A stretch of DNA of 64,000 nt from Bispira polyomma. Its lineage: Eukaryota. The notes beneath the pieces are model-generated. The model worked only from the letters and a program-made list of their open reading frames with translations, had not been told where the DNA came from and made no database searches. Within the stretch, counting starts at the first letter, position 1; each line of letters begins with the position of its first letter. Of the stretch, positions 43,501 to 58,500 are shown piece by piece. The stretch is from assembly GCA_965649765.1 (NCBI GenBank), contig OZ287751.1, positions 20,088,001 to 20,152,000 on the forward strand, in the 5' to 3' direction. A program made the translations under genes and the position numbers.

Positions 43501-46500
43501 TATAGTTTTATGGATATTTGAAATTTTTTCAACATGAGCCATTGTTTTATGTGCTTTAGGCGATTAAACTAAATTTCGGTTATTGTTAATTTCACTTGAT
43601 AACATCAGCCAATTTTTACAAAAGGTTACTTCTGTGGATAACTTATAAAAGACTATAGGGCATATATAATATAACAATTTCCAAATGTTTCTTCTGTTTT
43701 AAGTGCTATGAATGGGCCTTGGAAGCTATGAAATATGTGGCTAGTATGAAGATGGATAAAGAAATGGAGTCCAAAGATATAGACAAACTACTGACCAGCC
43801 TCGAGGGCTATATGTCCCAGCATCCCCCCATCACACAGAACATGTTTGCCAATCTGGAATCCACTGCCACTACAGTAGATAACGATAGATTGAGAGAACA
43901 GTGCAAAGTCGCCCGGTCGCGTTGCCTGGAGACGGAACAGTTGCTTGAGTTAAGGCACAGCACGTTGAAAAAGGCAAAGGAGCAGCTGAAACATGAGCAA
44001 GAGATGGAGCAGGAGAGGAGAGACTCCTTGACAAGTTTGAACAGCAGTTGTCACGGTAACAACCCTTTGAGAAGCCCCGTGTCGTCGTCCAGTTTAAACA
44101 GTAGCAGCATAAGCAGCATCCCCGTGAGAAGCCCCACATCTAGTCATAACTTTGGACCTATCGTGTACCGAGACCGCGGCTCATTAACCTCCTCCGGTGG
44201 ACCTGGTGGTAACAGGTACTGGCCTAAAGAGACCTGTAGTACGCCGGTGGGGCCGTCGCTGGACTACGTGTTAAGACGAAGGTCCTACGCGGGTAAGCCC
44301 TCCGCCCCCGTCTATAGCCCCTCGGTGGCAGCATTTAAGGAGAACCTGCAGGGATTGTCGATGTTCGAGTACGAGGAGTATCTTTTCAACGAGGGACTCA
44401 TCACCGAGGATATGTCCGATAGGATAGTCACCTCACTGCCCAAAGGATTATCAGACTCCACGTTAAAGAGTTCTCGGGAGAGTTTACGCGGATCTCAGGA
44501 AAATGTCACAGACGGTAATACTACTACTGCTTCTAACCCCCCAGAGGCGGCGGGGACAAGCAAGTCCGCACATCATCAAGGCAACAGCAGCCACTCATCA
44601 TCCTCTTCATCCTTCAAGTCCATAGCTAGTCGCACTTCCTCTCTGATGGTCTCGCTTTCCAAACATAGCAAACCTCAGCGGAAGGTCATGCGCCGCGCAG
44701 CAACCAGTTGCCCGACAACGCCTGACTCCGCCGCCGTAACCCCGACAACAACTGCCACCACTTCATCTTCCACCCAGCACTCCGCGTCATCATCATCATC
44801 GTTACGTGACAACAGTGGAGACGTGAGGGACAGAAGGCTTGGTAGTAGTAAGACCCTTAGTATGGTGACCGCACAGAGCAGTGAGAGTCTACCAGGGTAA
44901 GTATCCAGTATATCCCATAATAGCCTGCATTCTCATGTACGCAAATTTGCGGCAAACAATTTGCCATCGCGAAACTGGATGCGGTTGTTCTCATATAAAC
45001 AACGCGAGGATTACATATTTAGAAAATCAATTGTTGTAAGCATATGCATCTACTAGTACATGCGGTTTCCCCATCTAAGAGCAATTTTATCATTCAGACG
45101 TCACACATTACGCTTCCCAATCGCACATAATCGTGCATCGTTTGCCACAATTCGCATATATGGGAATGTGGGCTTAGTTTCCAAAGTAACTCCAAGCTCC
45201 AAACTCAGACTAAACTTCAAATCTAAGGTGTCTGTATTTCTAATTAGAGTGAAGTTTAGAAAAATTGGGGCTGAATTTGACTTTAACTTTGAAAGCTCTA
45301 TTATCTATTAAAAGAAATGGTTTTAAGTTAAGCATAGGTTACAGCATTTCAATATATACAAGGACTTTAACATAGCATTCATTTGAGATTGAATACTGAT
45401 TGTTTCAGATGTGATCATTAATTTCCTTATTAAAGTCAAAAACCCTTTAATTGCTCTTTATGTGGAGAAAGATTTGTAGTCCCACTAAAGTCATCCCTTT
45501 TAAAATTTACCCTATTAAGTGGAAATCCTTCTAAAGTAGATGTATGGTTCCTTGAGGTTTTATTTAAAAGGGTTCAACTGTATATGTTCAGTGATTAGCC
45601 AGTTGCAGATTTCAGTATGTTTTCTTTCACTTTTAACAGCTACGTTTTTTGAATAATATATATAGATTAAGTGAGGTTATAATTACATATGGTGTTAGTT
45701 TATTTTCTATGTTTTGTTGGATCACTGTCTTGTAACACTTTTAGTACAAGTTGTTACATGTCCTGTTAGTGGCAATGAATTTGTTGCTTTTACAACATAA
45801 CGTCTCTATTTCTTTTACAAACTGAACACAAAACACATGAAGCTTTATGCAGCATATTGCACCGGTTCAACTCCAATGGCTTTCACTGAACTTATGAGAG
45901 TCCTCAGGCAAGAGCATAGTAGATTCCTCTTGTCAATATAATCTGGACTATAGACACTTGATACAGCTGATTATTTCAAAAATCAAATGACCGGAAAAAA
46001 AGAAAAATGAAAGAGGGTCCGTTAGTCACAAAAAATGTATAGAAGTATGTTAAAGGCAATAAAAGTTCTACACAGAATGTAATATATGTAGAAGAATAAT
46101 AATGTAGCACTTTTGGTATGCTATTTAGAAAACATGTATGAAATTAATTTTTTTTATATAGCCATTAAGCCTATTTGTCAATGTTGATGTATGGTTGAAC
46201 AATTGAATATTAATTGTAAATAGTTTATATCAACTCAAATAAGTTTATATGGTATCGAAAAAAGAAATAATATCTATAGAAATTTTAAGTGGAACCTCAA
46301 GCGACCAGGAGAAATACCTCTACTTAAGCAGGATTTCCAGTTAACAGGGTACATTTTAAAGGAAAGTACCTTTGGTGTGACTACAGATTTGGTTCCATAT
46401 AAAAGAAAAATTCGCTAAATAGAGTTCTACTGACAAGGGGTGCAACTGTACTCCAAAAGCCTGAATGGCAATCTGTGGGAACTTTCTGTTATCTAAATAG

Positions 46501-49500
46501 ACTCGCACTCTTTGAGGGTGTTTGGATAATAGAGGTTCTCTTCTGTAAGTTAAGGACTAGAGTGTAACTTCAACAGCTTCAAAAGGCCTTGACAAGTTTG
46601 GTGTAAAGTGTTATATTAGTACAGCCCGCGTGTCAAAAGTTTGGAATAAGGTAGCAGAATTCTGAGATTTAAAACAAGGTTAAAGTGTGCACTTTCTGTT
46701 ATAGTAGTTCAAGTGTAGTTTGCTTTAAAAATCTTTAAACAAAACAAAAAAGGTGCAAGAAAAGTGTAAAGTGTCACCAGATTGTCCTTTGTCTTCTAAT
46801 AGTAAGTCCAGTATATATAAATATATGTTACACCCAAGCCATGAAATTGCTGATTTCATAAAATGGGCAACTTACTTGCACATTTCATGAAATGGACAAC
46901 AAATTCTCTGCTTATTACACGAAATAGGAAACTTTTATGTTTAACTTTTATACACACAGTGATTGAAAAATGTGGCCAAGGTATTACTACTAAGGAATGT
47001 TTTTAAGATCTGCGTATAAAAAATATTTTTTCGTACATAAGATTGCCCATTTAATAAAATGCGCAACTCAAAACTTTCACAAAATGGGCAATTTCACCAA
47101 TTGGTTTAATATACTTATATACATGTAGTTTGTTGGTGGGAATAAAAGAGATGCTAGCCGCCTATTGTAAACGATCCATACAGGCCATTGTTGTTATACT
47201 TGAAAGGAAATTTTTAAGAAAAACAAGGAATTGCCAATTAAAAAAAAAATCCTTATTGTACAGAAGAGTTACCGATTGTTAGCTGAAGTACGAACTCAAT
47301 AGCACAACTTTTTTATTCACATTTTCAAATCTACATTATTGATATAGAAAGGGTCTATTGTAGGTGTTTTTAAACTATTGTGTATTGTGAGAGAAAAGTT
47401 AACAATATTCTATTTAACCACACTGTATAAAAGTGGGCCAGTTGAGTTACTTCACAAAGACCTGCATTATACCAGCAATGCAAAAGTTGAATACATGCAG
47501 AATCTACTTTCCAAAGAACCAGTTGTTCTGAAGCCACTGTAGTCAGGTTGGGTTTGTTATTTGATAGGGTAGTACCTTTTTGCACTTGGTGACAGATGGA
47601 ACATGGATTTTTTCAGAAATAAGTTTTGTTGTCTTACAACTTAAAAAAATGAAACAGAAAAATATATACGAGTGTGCATTTCCAGCAAAAGCCAGTACCT
47701 TTATATCATGTTTATCATAAAGTGCAAATTTAATTTTAGTTGTTTTATGGCCAACTGTAAATTAAATTGTGTTCATTTTACAGAATCTTCTCTCAGGGTT
47801 AAATTGATAGCTGAGTTGATATTGAACTTGACAAGATTGTCAGTGGACCTAATTGTAGTCTAATAATAGTATATCTGGTATTTTAACTTGCACAAATGTG
47901 CTGTTATTCCGAAAAGATATATTCATAATTCACCAAAAACTTTAGCCAAAAGTAAAAAACAGTCAACCCTCAAAGTAGTAGACGGTTAAGTTGATTTATC
48001 TTTCATGCAGAGATAAGTCCCACTAAAAGGATTACCCTGTTAAGTGGAAATCCTGCCTTATTTCTCCTGGTCCCCCTCAGTTCAACTGTGTGTGTCCTGT
48101 ACATGACATACCTCTAATTTTTACCTTGTTTAAAACCACTTATCTGATTAGCCTCAGCCATAAATACTCTGTGTATTAAAAATGACAGTTTTTCAAGCGG
48201 TCAACATTTCTTAAAAAAAATTGACAAATCAGCTCTCTCAAAGTGGCTCACGTAAAAATATTTACACAGCACGCCCATTTATGTAGAGGTTTTAAAAAAA
48301 GATGGTGAGCATTACATACTTGTCTTGGGTGGCATTTACTTTATCTGTTAAGTTTATAGCAAGTTTGGTTATTATGATATAGGGAAACCTCTGTCATTTG
48401 ATAGCTGGGGGTATTCATCTTGATTATCTGTTACAATGTCACCTAATTTTTTTAATTTACAGAGACGTACATTGAACAAATACAGTTGATACAAAAAAGT
48501 AAACAATTATAATTAAAACAAGGCTGTATAGTGTGTGGGCCAGAATAGTGAAAAACTTACTTATAACTTCATGTTTTCACTGTGGCTTGTTGTATTTTAT
48601 AAATCTTCAATTACCAACTTATAATCTTGCTCATTCAGGGTGCTTAGATATTAAAGGTTCAATGGCTGATTTATACTGCCCTCAAATCCGAAATTAGAAA
48701 AGTATACCAAAATATACAACATGCCGAATTTTATACATTATCTATATATACACACTTGCAATATTCGCCAAAATCATACTTGGTTGTGTCCCTTTTCTGT
48801 TATAATGAATAAACCATACCATGCTATGTTGGCTATGTTTCACCCAAAATTAAGGTTGATCTTTCACTAAAATGTGTCTGCAAATTAGAAAAAAAAAGGT
48901 TTAGTGCATCATTCGATGGCTACCAGATTTCTGGATCAAAATCATGTTTTTGTTGCAGTGTGTGAACATCCATGTTGATTTATAAATACCAATGAATCCA
49001 TGTAGACCAAGGAATCTAACTTTGCTACTGTATCTAAAAGTCGCCACCTACAAAATGTTAAGTTTTGAGTAGAATTGTGGGTAATATTTGCTGAAACTGA
49101 GCTGCTATTTTGCCTTGGTTACCTAAATTACAGTTATTTTTCGCCAGTTTTAATTGATTTGGCTAAAAATTTTAGGGGTGGAGAATTTTAGATTTCTTAC
49201 TCTTGAGAGATTATTGTATGAATCGGTCATTACTTTATTGTTTGAACTTTATCCAGGTTACCAGAAGATGACAGTCTGGACAACTCTGCCCAGGCCGAGA
49301 GACGCCAGACGTGGACACCGTTGCCACCCAACCCCCAGTCTCACAGAGCAGCAGCAGGAGGAGCACATCATCATCCGTTTGTGAGTCAGTCCATGGCTGA
49401 TCTCAGGCTAACAGAAGAGGATGTTAAGAGAAGGAGGTAAGGGATCATCATGTAGAAATAAAAGCTAAGGAGACTTGGCCCTATATGTCAAGAGAAGGAG

Positions 49501-52500
49501 GTAAGCGATCATAATGTAGAAGTATAAGCCTGAGGAGACTGGGCGCCATATTCACAAACATTCTTAGAACTGTCTTAGTCTCAGCCAATAGGATTGTTTG
49601 AAACAATTCTCTTCAGCCAATCAAATTTTTGGAGACAACATTGTAAGAGCAAGAGTCTTTGTGAATACTAACCCTGCAGGTCTCTGTCACCCAGGTCTTT
49701 ATAGTGTTCGCCATTGGATAAGAGTGTCACAGGTTCAAGCCTGGCTGTAGGGCCTGGAGATTGGTACCCTTGCTTGGGCAAGGTATGTACAAGGTATGTC
49801 CATCCTTGCTATGGGCCAGGTATACAAAAAGTGGTCCCTCTCCACCCAGTTGTATACATGGGTACCCTGGCCAGTAATAGGTGTTAATATGTGGTAGCAT
49901 AGCTAGTATGTTCCCTAAAGGGACAGACAATAGGTTGACAAGCGGAATAACCTGGGGTTGTAAACTGTACAGTTGGATAAGGCTTCACTATAGGGGTGAT
50001 ATCAGACCATAAACCTACTACACACATTTATTTTAGTTGGCGATTACAAGGATAGGCTTCTGGTCAAACAATGGAATGAGGCTGTGATACTGGGAAGTTC
50101 ATCCTTTAATCACCAAATATAGTATAAGCTCAGTGACTTTAATCCCCATTAAAAAGACCGTCAATTATGGTATTTTCTTGAATTCAAAACTATTTATCAG
50201 CACGTAATATCTTGTTGTCTAGTTTAGAGGTGATTTTCACAAGTTGTGCCATCTTGGCAGCGTTTATCCTCCCAAGATAAACTATGGCTACAAGTGGCAC
50301 ACTTTGTCCACTATGCACTTCTGGTCTTTCTAATATGCTGTTAAACAATTGCTTTTCATCGTTGGTGTAGACGGTGCAATAAATGTGCGTTAGAATAAAT
50401 TTAACCATGTTCTCGAAATAAAAATGAACCACTTACCCATAAAAATACTTCGGCTGTGCTTTATAGTTTACTAATGGTAATAGTTCGCTCATTATAGCTG
50501 ACCAATAGTCAAGAGTCTTTTTGTTATAATATAAACAATATACAGGTGCATGTAGTTTCTAAGATTCTGTATCACTTACACCTAAAACTGTACGGTTTTC
50601 CCTTTTAAATTATTTCACCTATGGACTATGGTGTTATATTCCTAATAAATTCTACCCTGTTAAGTGGAAATCCTGCTGAAGTAGAGGTATTTCTTGTGGT
50701 ACTTTGAGGTTCTACTTGACAGGGTTCAAGTTTACACAAAAGTCTGGGACGATTTATATAAAACAAACCTATTTTTCTCCTTCCAGACAACTTCAGCTGA
50801 TCATGACAGAAATGATCCACACAGAGAAAGACTATGTCAGTGCCTTACAACTCATTCAGGATCACTATATCCCTGAAACCAGCCGGGATGACGTACCGCA
50901 GGATCTACGCGGCAAGCGCAACGTCATCTTTGGCAACATCGAGAAAATCTACGAATTCCACAGTCAGTATTTCTTGGCAGAACTTCAGTCCTGTGTACAT
51001 AACCCATATCAAATTGGACAATGTTTTCTGAACCATGAGGCGGAGTTCTTCTTGTATGCACTGTACAACAAAAACAAGCCCAAATCTGACGGATTAATGT
51101 TGGATTACGGCCGGAGATTCTTCCTCTGCAAACAGACGGAACTGGGCGACAAGATGGACCTGAGCAGTTACCTCCTAAAGCCTGTCCAGAGGATGGGCAA
51201 ATACTCCCTGCTGCTGAAGCAAATCATCAAGGAATGCCCGACGACGGAGCCAGAGTACGCTGATCTCAGGACCGCCTACGAGATGGTCAAGTTCCAGCTC
51301 AGACACGGCAATGACCTTCTGGCCATGGATTGTCTGACGGGAGCAGATGTAAGTAAATACTGCAGTAGAAAGCTATTTTATCCAAACTTCTTAATTACAG
51401 TAGAAAGTTCTATTAATCCAATGTGTAGCGAGACCAAATCTGAAAAATAACTAGCTATTAACTTGTCAATATGTATTTTATGAGACAGTGATATGAGAAG
51501 GGAGAATGCTCTTCTAATACCAGATATTCATTGGATCCATATCACCATATGCTTAAATTGAACAAAAAAAATGGCATATCAGACTGACTTAAACTTTCGT
51601 TATTTGAACTTTTTATTGGCACATGATTTGAACTTTTTAAGAGCACAAACTTCTTGTTCTTGCATTTTTGTACTTACTCAAGTGAAGTGATCAGATACAA
51701 CCTTAGCTACAATATAGACTGGTGACATGTGATCAAACTGATTTTTGCCATTACAGCCACTTCAATCCTTTGCAATCCAATTGTTAGCTAGTTAAAAGAA
51801 AATTCTTAGTTGGTATCAACTTTTTGGAAACCAGTGTCAACTTTTCTGTGGTGTCATGGTGGGTTACTTCTAGTAATAAATTATAAAGGTTATTATGTAG
51901 TAAGCACAAATAAGCATGATTGTATTGGTTCTTCCAGTTAAAGGCTGAAGCATAACAATAGGGAGTATTTGTAATTGGATAGGATTACATGTTTCTGCTG
52001 AATAATAACGCAGTTTTGGGGGTGGGGTAAAATGTCAAAGGTTCTAATTTTGAAAAAAGTCTCAGTTCAAGACAAAACTAGGGTCTAATTTGAAAAAGTC
52101 ATTCAGTACAAGACAAATCTAACTGATTGGCATTATTTTAAATAAGAAAGGAGTACCAGTAATTTCAAGTGTTGTTTGCATACATACGAGTGTATCGTAC
52201 CACATATCTCACACAATATGGCGCATATAAGTATATATTCCAATTGTTGCTAGGATACTATTTATCCTAGGGATTTTTAATATTTTTAAGGTATAATTTT
52301 CTTACTGGACAGATTTTTAAAAAATATAGCACCACTTTTTCTAGAAATAAATGGTACAAATATGCATATAAATGTACACTAAAGAAGGCCAAAGTTTTAG
52401 CGGTACGTCAGAAGTGTGTTTTTAATGTAATGGTATATACCGTAAATATTCTACAAGAAGACAGAAAGTATGATTTTCTTGCCAGATTACTGGTGTCGTG

Positions 52501-55500
52501 TAGCGATCACACTTTTAAGATCTTAGCAACGTTTATACATGAGAATGGGTAAAAATACTCATTTGCATATCATTCACCAGATCATGCCCAGAATATGCCC
52601 AGTTTATGCCCAGGATATGCCCTGTTCAAACCCAGTTTATGCCCAGTTTTTACCAGATCTCACAAGTTTATGATTAGTTTATGCCCAAACGATACCCAAT
52701 CTGAGCAAATCATCACATGTTTATGCAACGTTTGCTCCATATTACACCAGTCCGGTCCACACATACAAATTATGACCAGTTTATGGACTGTTTGTTTAAG
52801 CCCCGACCACACCTATTGTCTCCAGTTCTCTTCAGATGTGCCTTTTAGGGCCGAGCACCCACGGAAGTGAGAACTTCCAGCTCTGTGGCCTATTCTTACC
52901 GATCTCTGCAGTTTATGACCAGATGTTAGACGCTTACTCCAGATTACACAAGTTCTTGACTTCAAGAGTAAACGGCTTTATACAAAACAAAGGTGTGAAC
53001 ACCACAGAAGTATTGGTATTTTTGGGTCGAAATGCCGTACCTGTGTGCATGCGAATCCTACATTAGAACCTAATATGTGAATAGCCAAACTTTTCACTCT
53101 TCACTTGGGTATAGTTACACTGTTTCTGTAAGTGATTAAAATGACTCCCAGGTCAGATGACATGATCTGACATGGTTTTTGTAAAAAGGTGTATTTTTTA
53201 CTATGAGGAATAGTATAACAGATATAATGAGCCCTCAAAAAAGTGTCACAAGTTTGCTAAGCAATTAAAATTTTAAATATGATCAGTGATAGATGACAAT
53301 TTTGTGTGGGGGTGATTGGTATGAAATTGTAGAACCTGTAACTTTTTTGCATCTACAGTTTTTAATGTCAAGAGAGTGGAAATGAATAAGTCAGACAGTA
53401 GAACCTCTATTATCCGAACATGTTGGGAGAGAATGATGTTGTTTTGGATAATACACGGTTCATAAATCAGAAGAAGTGTTTTAACATGTAAAAATTTAAA
53501 AAATTTAAATTGTGGAGAACGCAATAGAAGTTCAGATAATAGAGGTTTGACTGTATATTAACAATACATCTGCAGCAGAGTTTCTGTTAACCAAAACTCG
53601 TTAAACAAGAGTTAATGAAAGGTTTCTATTACATATACATGTATAACAGACATTTTAGTGCAAAACATAATGAAAATCTAAATTTGGGGAGAGATAGGAT
53701 TTCACATTCAGAAAGTTCTGAAAAAAAAACAAAAACAATGTTTATTCCAAGATCGTGTAACAACTAACAAGTTACTATGCCAATATTATTAGGTCAACCT
53801 TAACCTGAAGTAAGTTATTGTTGAAATCCCTTTAAGTCGAACCTCAAGGGTCCAGTAAAAAATACCTCTACTTAAGCAGGAATTCCACTTCACAGGGTCG
53901 ATTTTGAAAAAATATGCATCCATGGAACTGCAGATTGTTCTCTACATAAATGGGAATTTTCACTAGACAGAGTCCTAGTTAGTGGGGTTTGACTATATGT
54001 AACAGGCTAGGCACTTAACGTAGCATCTCAGTGGCTATACTCACTTATCCAGCAAAGCAGCAGATCTTACATGGCTACTCTATATACAGTATATCTCTGT
54101 TAAGTGGAATTTAAAGAGACCATAAAAATTTGTTCTACTTAATATAAATTTCACTTAACGGGATAAATTATAATTATATATGTCAATGGGACCTTAAATA
54201 ACGTCTACTGAACAGGTTAATCCACTTATCAGGGTTCTACTTAAGGGAGTTTAACTGTATTCCAAAAGGCTTTTGTTCATACCCTTATTTCTATCTCTCA
54301 TATGACACCATCGTCTTCCATAATCACTCTAGTAGTTCGTAAAAGATGCATTAAAGGTTGACACAAAATTGTTGGGTATTGCCAGCCAAAATTTTATGGC
54401 ACGAAAAAAAAGTTAATTTATGAGATTAAAAAAATGAAGGTAGAGCCTTGTAATAAGTTGTCTGTACAATTTAACTTGTGACAAAAACAATGATAATAGC
54501 CACACTAACTTATTTGACTATAAAAATAAGAAAAAAAGCCCCAGAAACATAATATTTCAAATAAGGGGTGTTGCAGCATACAAAGTAATACAGGTATTTG
54601 CTATATGTTCCAGCAACTTAACCCTTTTGCCACCAAGGGAAGTAGTATTCCACTATTCTGAAGGAATTCGGTGTATTGTTTAGGTTCCAACTTGCAAAAA
54701 TACAAATGTATATAAAAACACACCACTCCCCACAGGCTGGGCATATTCTAACAGCCTCTTGTATACAGTAGACTCTGTATAAGTAGAACCAAAGCATATC
54801 AAATTTAGGTATAAGTGGAACCAGTTTTAAGGTCCCAACATCAGAAAATGCTGTATTTTTGTAGGTACAAGTGCAGGTTAGCTATAACTAAAACCAAATC
54901 CTGTGGATAATGGAGGTTCTAGTCATACAGAGTCTACTGTATATTGTTTTAACACTTAAGATTCAGGCAGTACTAACAACAGACATGGTAACAGACTTTC
55001 TTCCAAGTTTGTTTATGTCAAGCATTATATGAGGGCAGTATGACTTTTAAAATGGACACTGGTATATTTCTTCAGGCAACTATTGCTCCATTGGCATAGG
55101 TGGAATCATAATGACTTCATGCATAGTGGATAAGGTTAAAATACAAAGACTTGTGTGCAAGTCCAATGTGGTACTCAAACATAATTTCTACCTAACAGGG
55201 TGAATTTTACTTTGTAAGGCTAAATATTTTTCTGCACATGAAATAAAAATTGACTTGACAGAGTTCTACTTTAAGGGGTTCATTCAACCGTATATGACTT
55301 TCTGCTATTTACTTAATTATATGGCCCCCATCAACAAGATATTTAGTGCTGTGGTTTATCCAGTAAAATGGCAATATACTAGTGAAGTAGAGGCATTTCT
55401 TCTGGTCCCTTGATATTTCCTCCAAACAGGGTATCAAATGTACACGTCATTGTTCTGTGGTTTAGATAGAGATATTTGTACTTTTAAAATTTGGAGTAAA

Positions 55501-58500
55501 TTCTAGATCGTCTTAAAATGTTTAATTTTCTTTGATTTCACTTTATTACAGGTAAACCTGCAAGAGCAAGGGATGTTGCTGAGACAAGAGACGTTCATGG
55601 TGTACCGGGGGAGGAGAAAGGCTTTAAGACATGTGTTCCTATTTGAGGACATGGTGGTCTTCAGTAAAACCAAGAGAACCTCACTGGGCAAGGAAATCTA
55701 TGTGTACAAAAACAGTATTAAGGTGAGTTTTACACTTCAGGGGCCGCCATATTTACTAACATTCTTAGAATGTTTTTAGAGTCTCAACCAATCAGATTCT
55801 ATGATACAAATTCAAACAATATTTTTAGCCAATCAGATTTGAACAAAAAACCCAACACATTAATTTGCTAGAGTGAAAATAAATTTATAAAAATAATTAA
55901 TCGGAAAATAGAAATTTGTATAATGGAGGTTCTAATGTATGTATTTTCTGGCTCTACCAGGCAGTAAACTACAGATATCTGTGCACATGTATTTTGTATA
56001 AGTTTGGTTGTGCATTTAAAAAAGTACAAAACCAGTCATCTAAATCTTCTGTTACCTTTTTCTTTTCCTTACTTCTATGCTTATCAATTGTTTCTCATTC
56101 TACTTTGTTTTTATCCAGCAAGAAATTAAACGTAAAGATAAACTTTATAAAACTAGGGGATTTACATGATAGAAATGATAATTTAATACTCCGTGCATTT
56201 TGTAACTGAAAAATTCCTTGTATAGACTTAATTCAAGTAACAACAGGTGAAAATTGCCTGACAAATTTCCCATGTTTAGGCTTATTATTAAACCACAACC
56301 ACACCCACAATGTTCATAATGCACTCTTTTATATCATATGTAGATAAAAAGGTGTGTATGATTAAGTAGTGCACTGTAGAGCTTGGCATATTGTGATAAT
56401 AAATAATGCTATATGTAATCATCAATAAATCACTGCATACAAATAGTTACAACTGACATATGATGGTATGACTACTGATTGAGGAGAGATATAATCTATG
56501 GGTCAAGACATTGTGATTTTCACATTTGTATGAACAAATGTTATTGGCTATTTGAAATGTATGAAACAATTTTATTGATTGAAACTAACAATGATTGTAA
56601 AAATGATTGTTTGATGACATTTGTGAAAATATCCCAAGTCAAGTGTATCTTAGTATATGTATATGATATTTATAATGGAAAAAACCCAATACCAAAAAAT
56701 ACCAATACCAATACCAAAAAATACCAATACCAATACCAAAAAATTATAGCAAAGTTATTCAGCTTGTTTACTATTAACTAAGACAATAATAGAATCTCTA
56801 TTATCAAAAATTGTTATGTCCGAATATTTGATTTTATGAGGTCAACTTCACTCTCCCAAGTTTTATTCTGAAGTAGCTTTTTTTTCTGTTGTATAAACAT
56901 TCCAACTGTATTACAACAAAATGTTAATTTATTACAACAATATGTGTAACATGTAGCACAACATTTAAACTTGTATTATTGTATCCATATTCTTTTTGGT
57001 TAATTAAAAAACCCACAAAAACAAAACAAAAAACGTTTTATTATTTGGACATGTTATCACTCTTTCCAAGGTGTTTTTCATTAGTAGAAGTTTGTTACCC
57101 TGACTGTATTTTTTTTTGTTGGAAGATCTAAACTATAGTTTATCAATGCTATATTCTGTACTATTTTTAGCTATCAGATCTGGGTCTCACCGAGAACACA
57201 GGCGACAGTCGCTATAAGTTTGAAATCTGGTTCCGCAAACGCAAAGATGGAGACACCTACACCCTCCAGGCCCCTACTGCTGAAACAAAGGCTGAATGGG
57301 TCCGAGAGATCTCACGGTTACTGTGGCAACAAGCCATTAAAAACAGAGGTAAATAGAAAGTGTTTTGTTTTAGCTTAAAGTGATGCGTCAACGTTTGTTC
57401 ACAACTAAAGTTAAAAGTAAGATTTTTAGTTTGATTTTACTGAAAGAGCACTGTGTGAGGGAATTGGTCTTGTAATCGGCAGGCCCCCCTCCTCCCCCCC
57501 CCCTTTCCCGAATCCCCTCCTGCTATAATGCTGCTAGGCCTATCAGTGAGGTAACATCCTTGGGGCAATATGTGAATATACCATTGCCAACAGGCTATGT
57601 TATTAGACTATCCCTTTCTGATAACAGACAATGCTCTATAAAAATATATGTATATTCAATTATAAATAGGACATTATATAAATGGTTCAACAATAATAAT
57701 AATAATATTGTTCCAAAGTCACACGTGATTAATTATATATCAAGAAATGACATTTCCATGTTATTCAAAAGATCAAAATACAATCCTGACATTATGAGAC
57801 AAAATTACTTTTTAAAATTGTAATAAATAAAACACTTGTAAATATTTTGGTAAAGTCTATTTCTGCAACTGTTTACATCACTTGATTGAAAGTTTCACAT
57901 AGCAGGCTGGAATGACATTATTCCATTAGAATTTAACAGATATTAAATTAAGTTTAAGAAAACTCACATGCAAACTAATAATCCAGGTTTGGAACAGCAG
58001 TGATAGTAGTTCAGTGTTAGTTTTTGGTACTAGTTTTTGACTGAAGTAGTAGAGGTGTGGTAAACTACATAGTATTGCAGTGTATTTCAAATGAAGGCAC
58101 GTTTTATGATTCTTACTGTACCATAAACTCATGTATAGTTTTTAAAAGTCCTCAGATTAACTGACATGCACATATTCATCTAAAAAGGCTTCAGGGCACT
58201 GTTGAAACACACCTGTGATCTTTATTGATTACTTCCACTCGGTAAAAGAACCACTAAATTAACTGTATATAAACAGCATTCAATTCTTGCACATCTTGCG
58301 CTGCCAATAAAACATTTCTGGCTTTGCTTATACAATATAAAACATGTTGGTGTTTGCACCAATATATATGCCTCACACGATAAATAGTAATTTTACAGTT
58401 GGGTTATGGAGGCGTCATTTGGAAGCAGATGTGACTGAGACATAATTGGATTTCTTTTCATGCATCTTTATAACCGTAATGTGTGAATGATAAACTCTAT

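Noticed and set aside
49381-49386. Internal GTGAGT donor in exon F
   Set aside because: It is phase 0, incompatible with the phase-2 DH exon, and the upstream exonic context (TTT) is poor.
55548-55557. AG|GTAAAC as a recursive splice site
   Set aside because: The GTA encodes the Val of the conserved D-V-N-L DH-PH linker, so coding constraint explains it.
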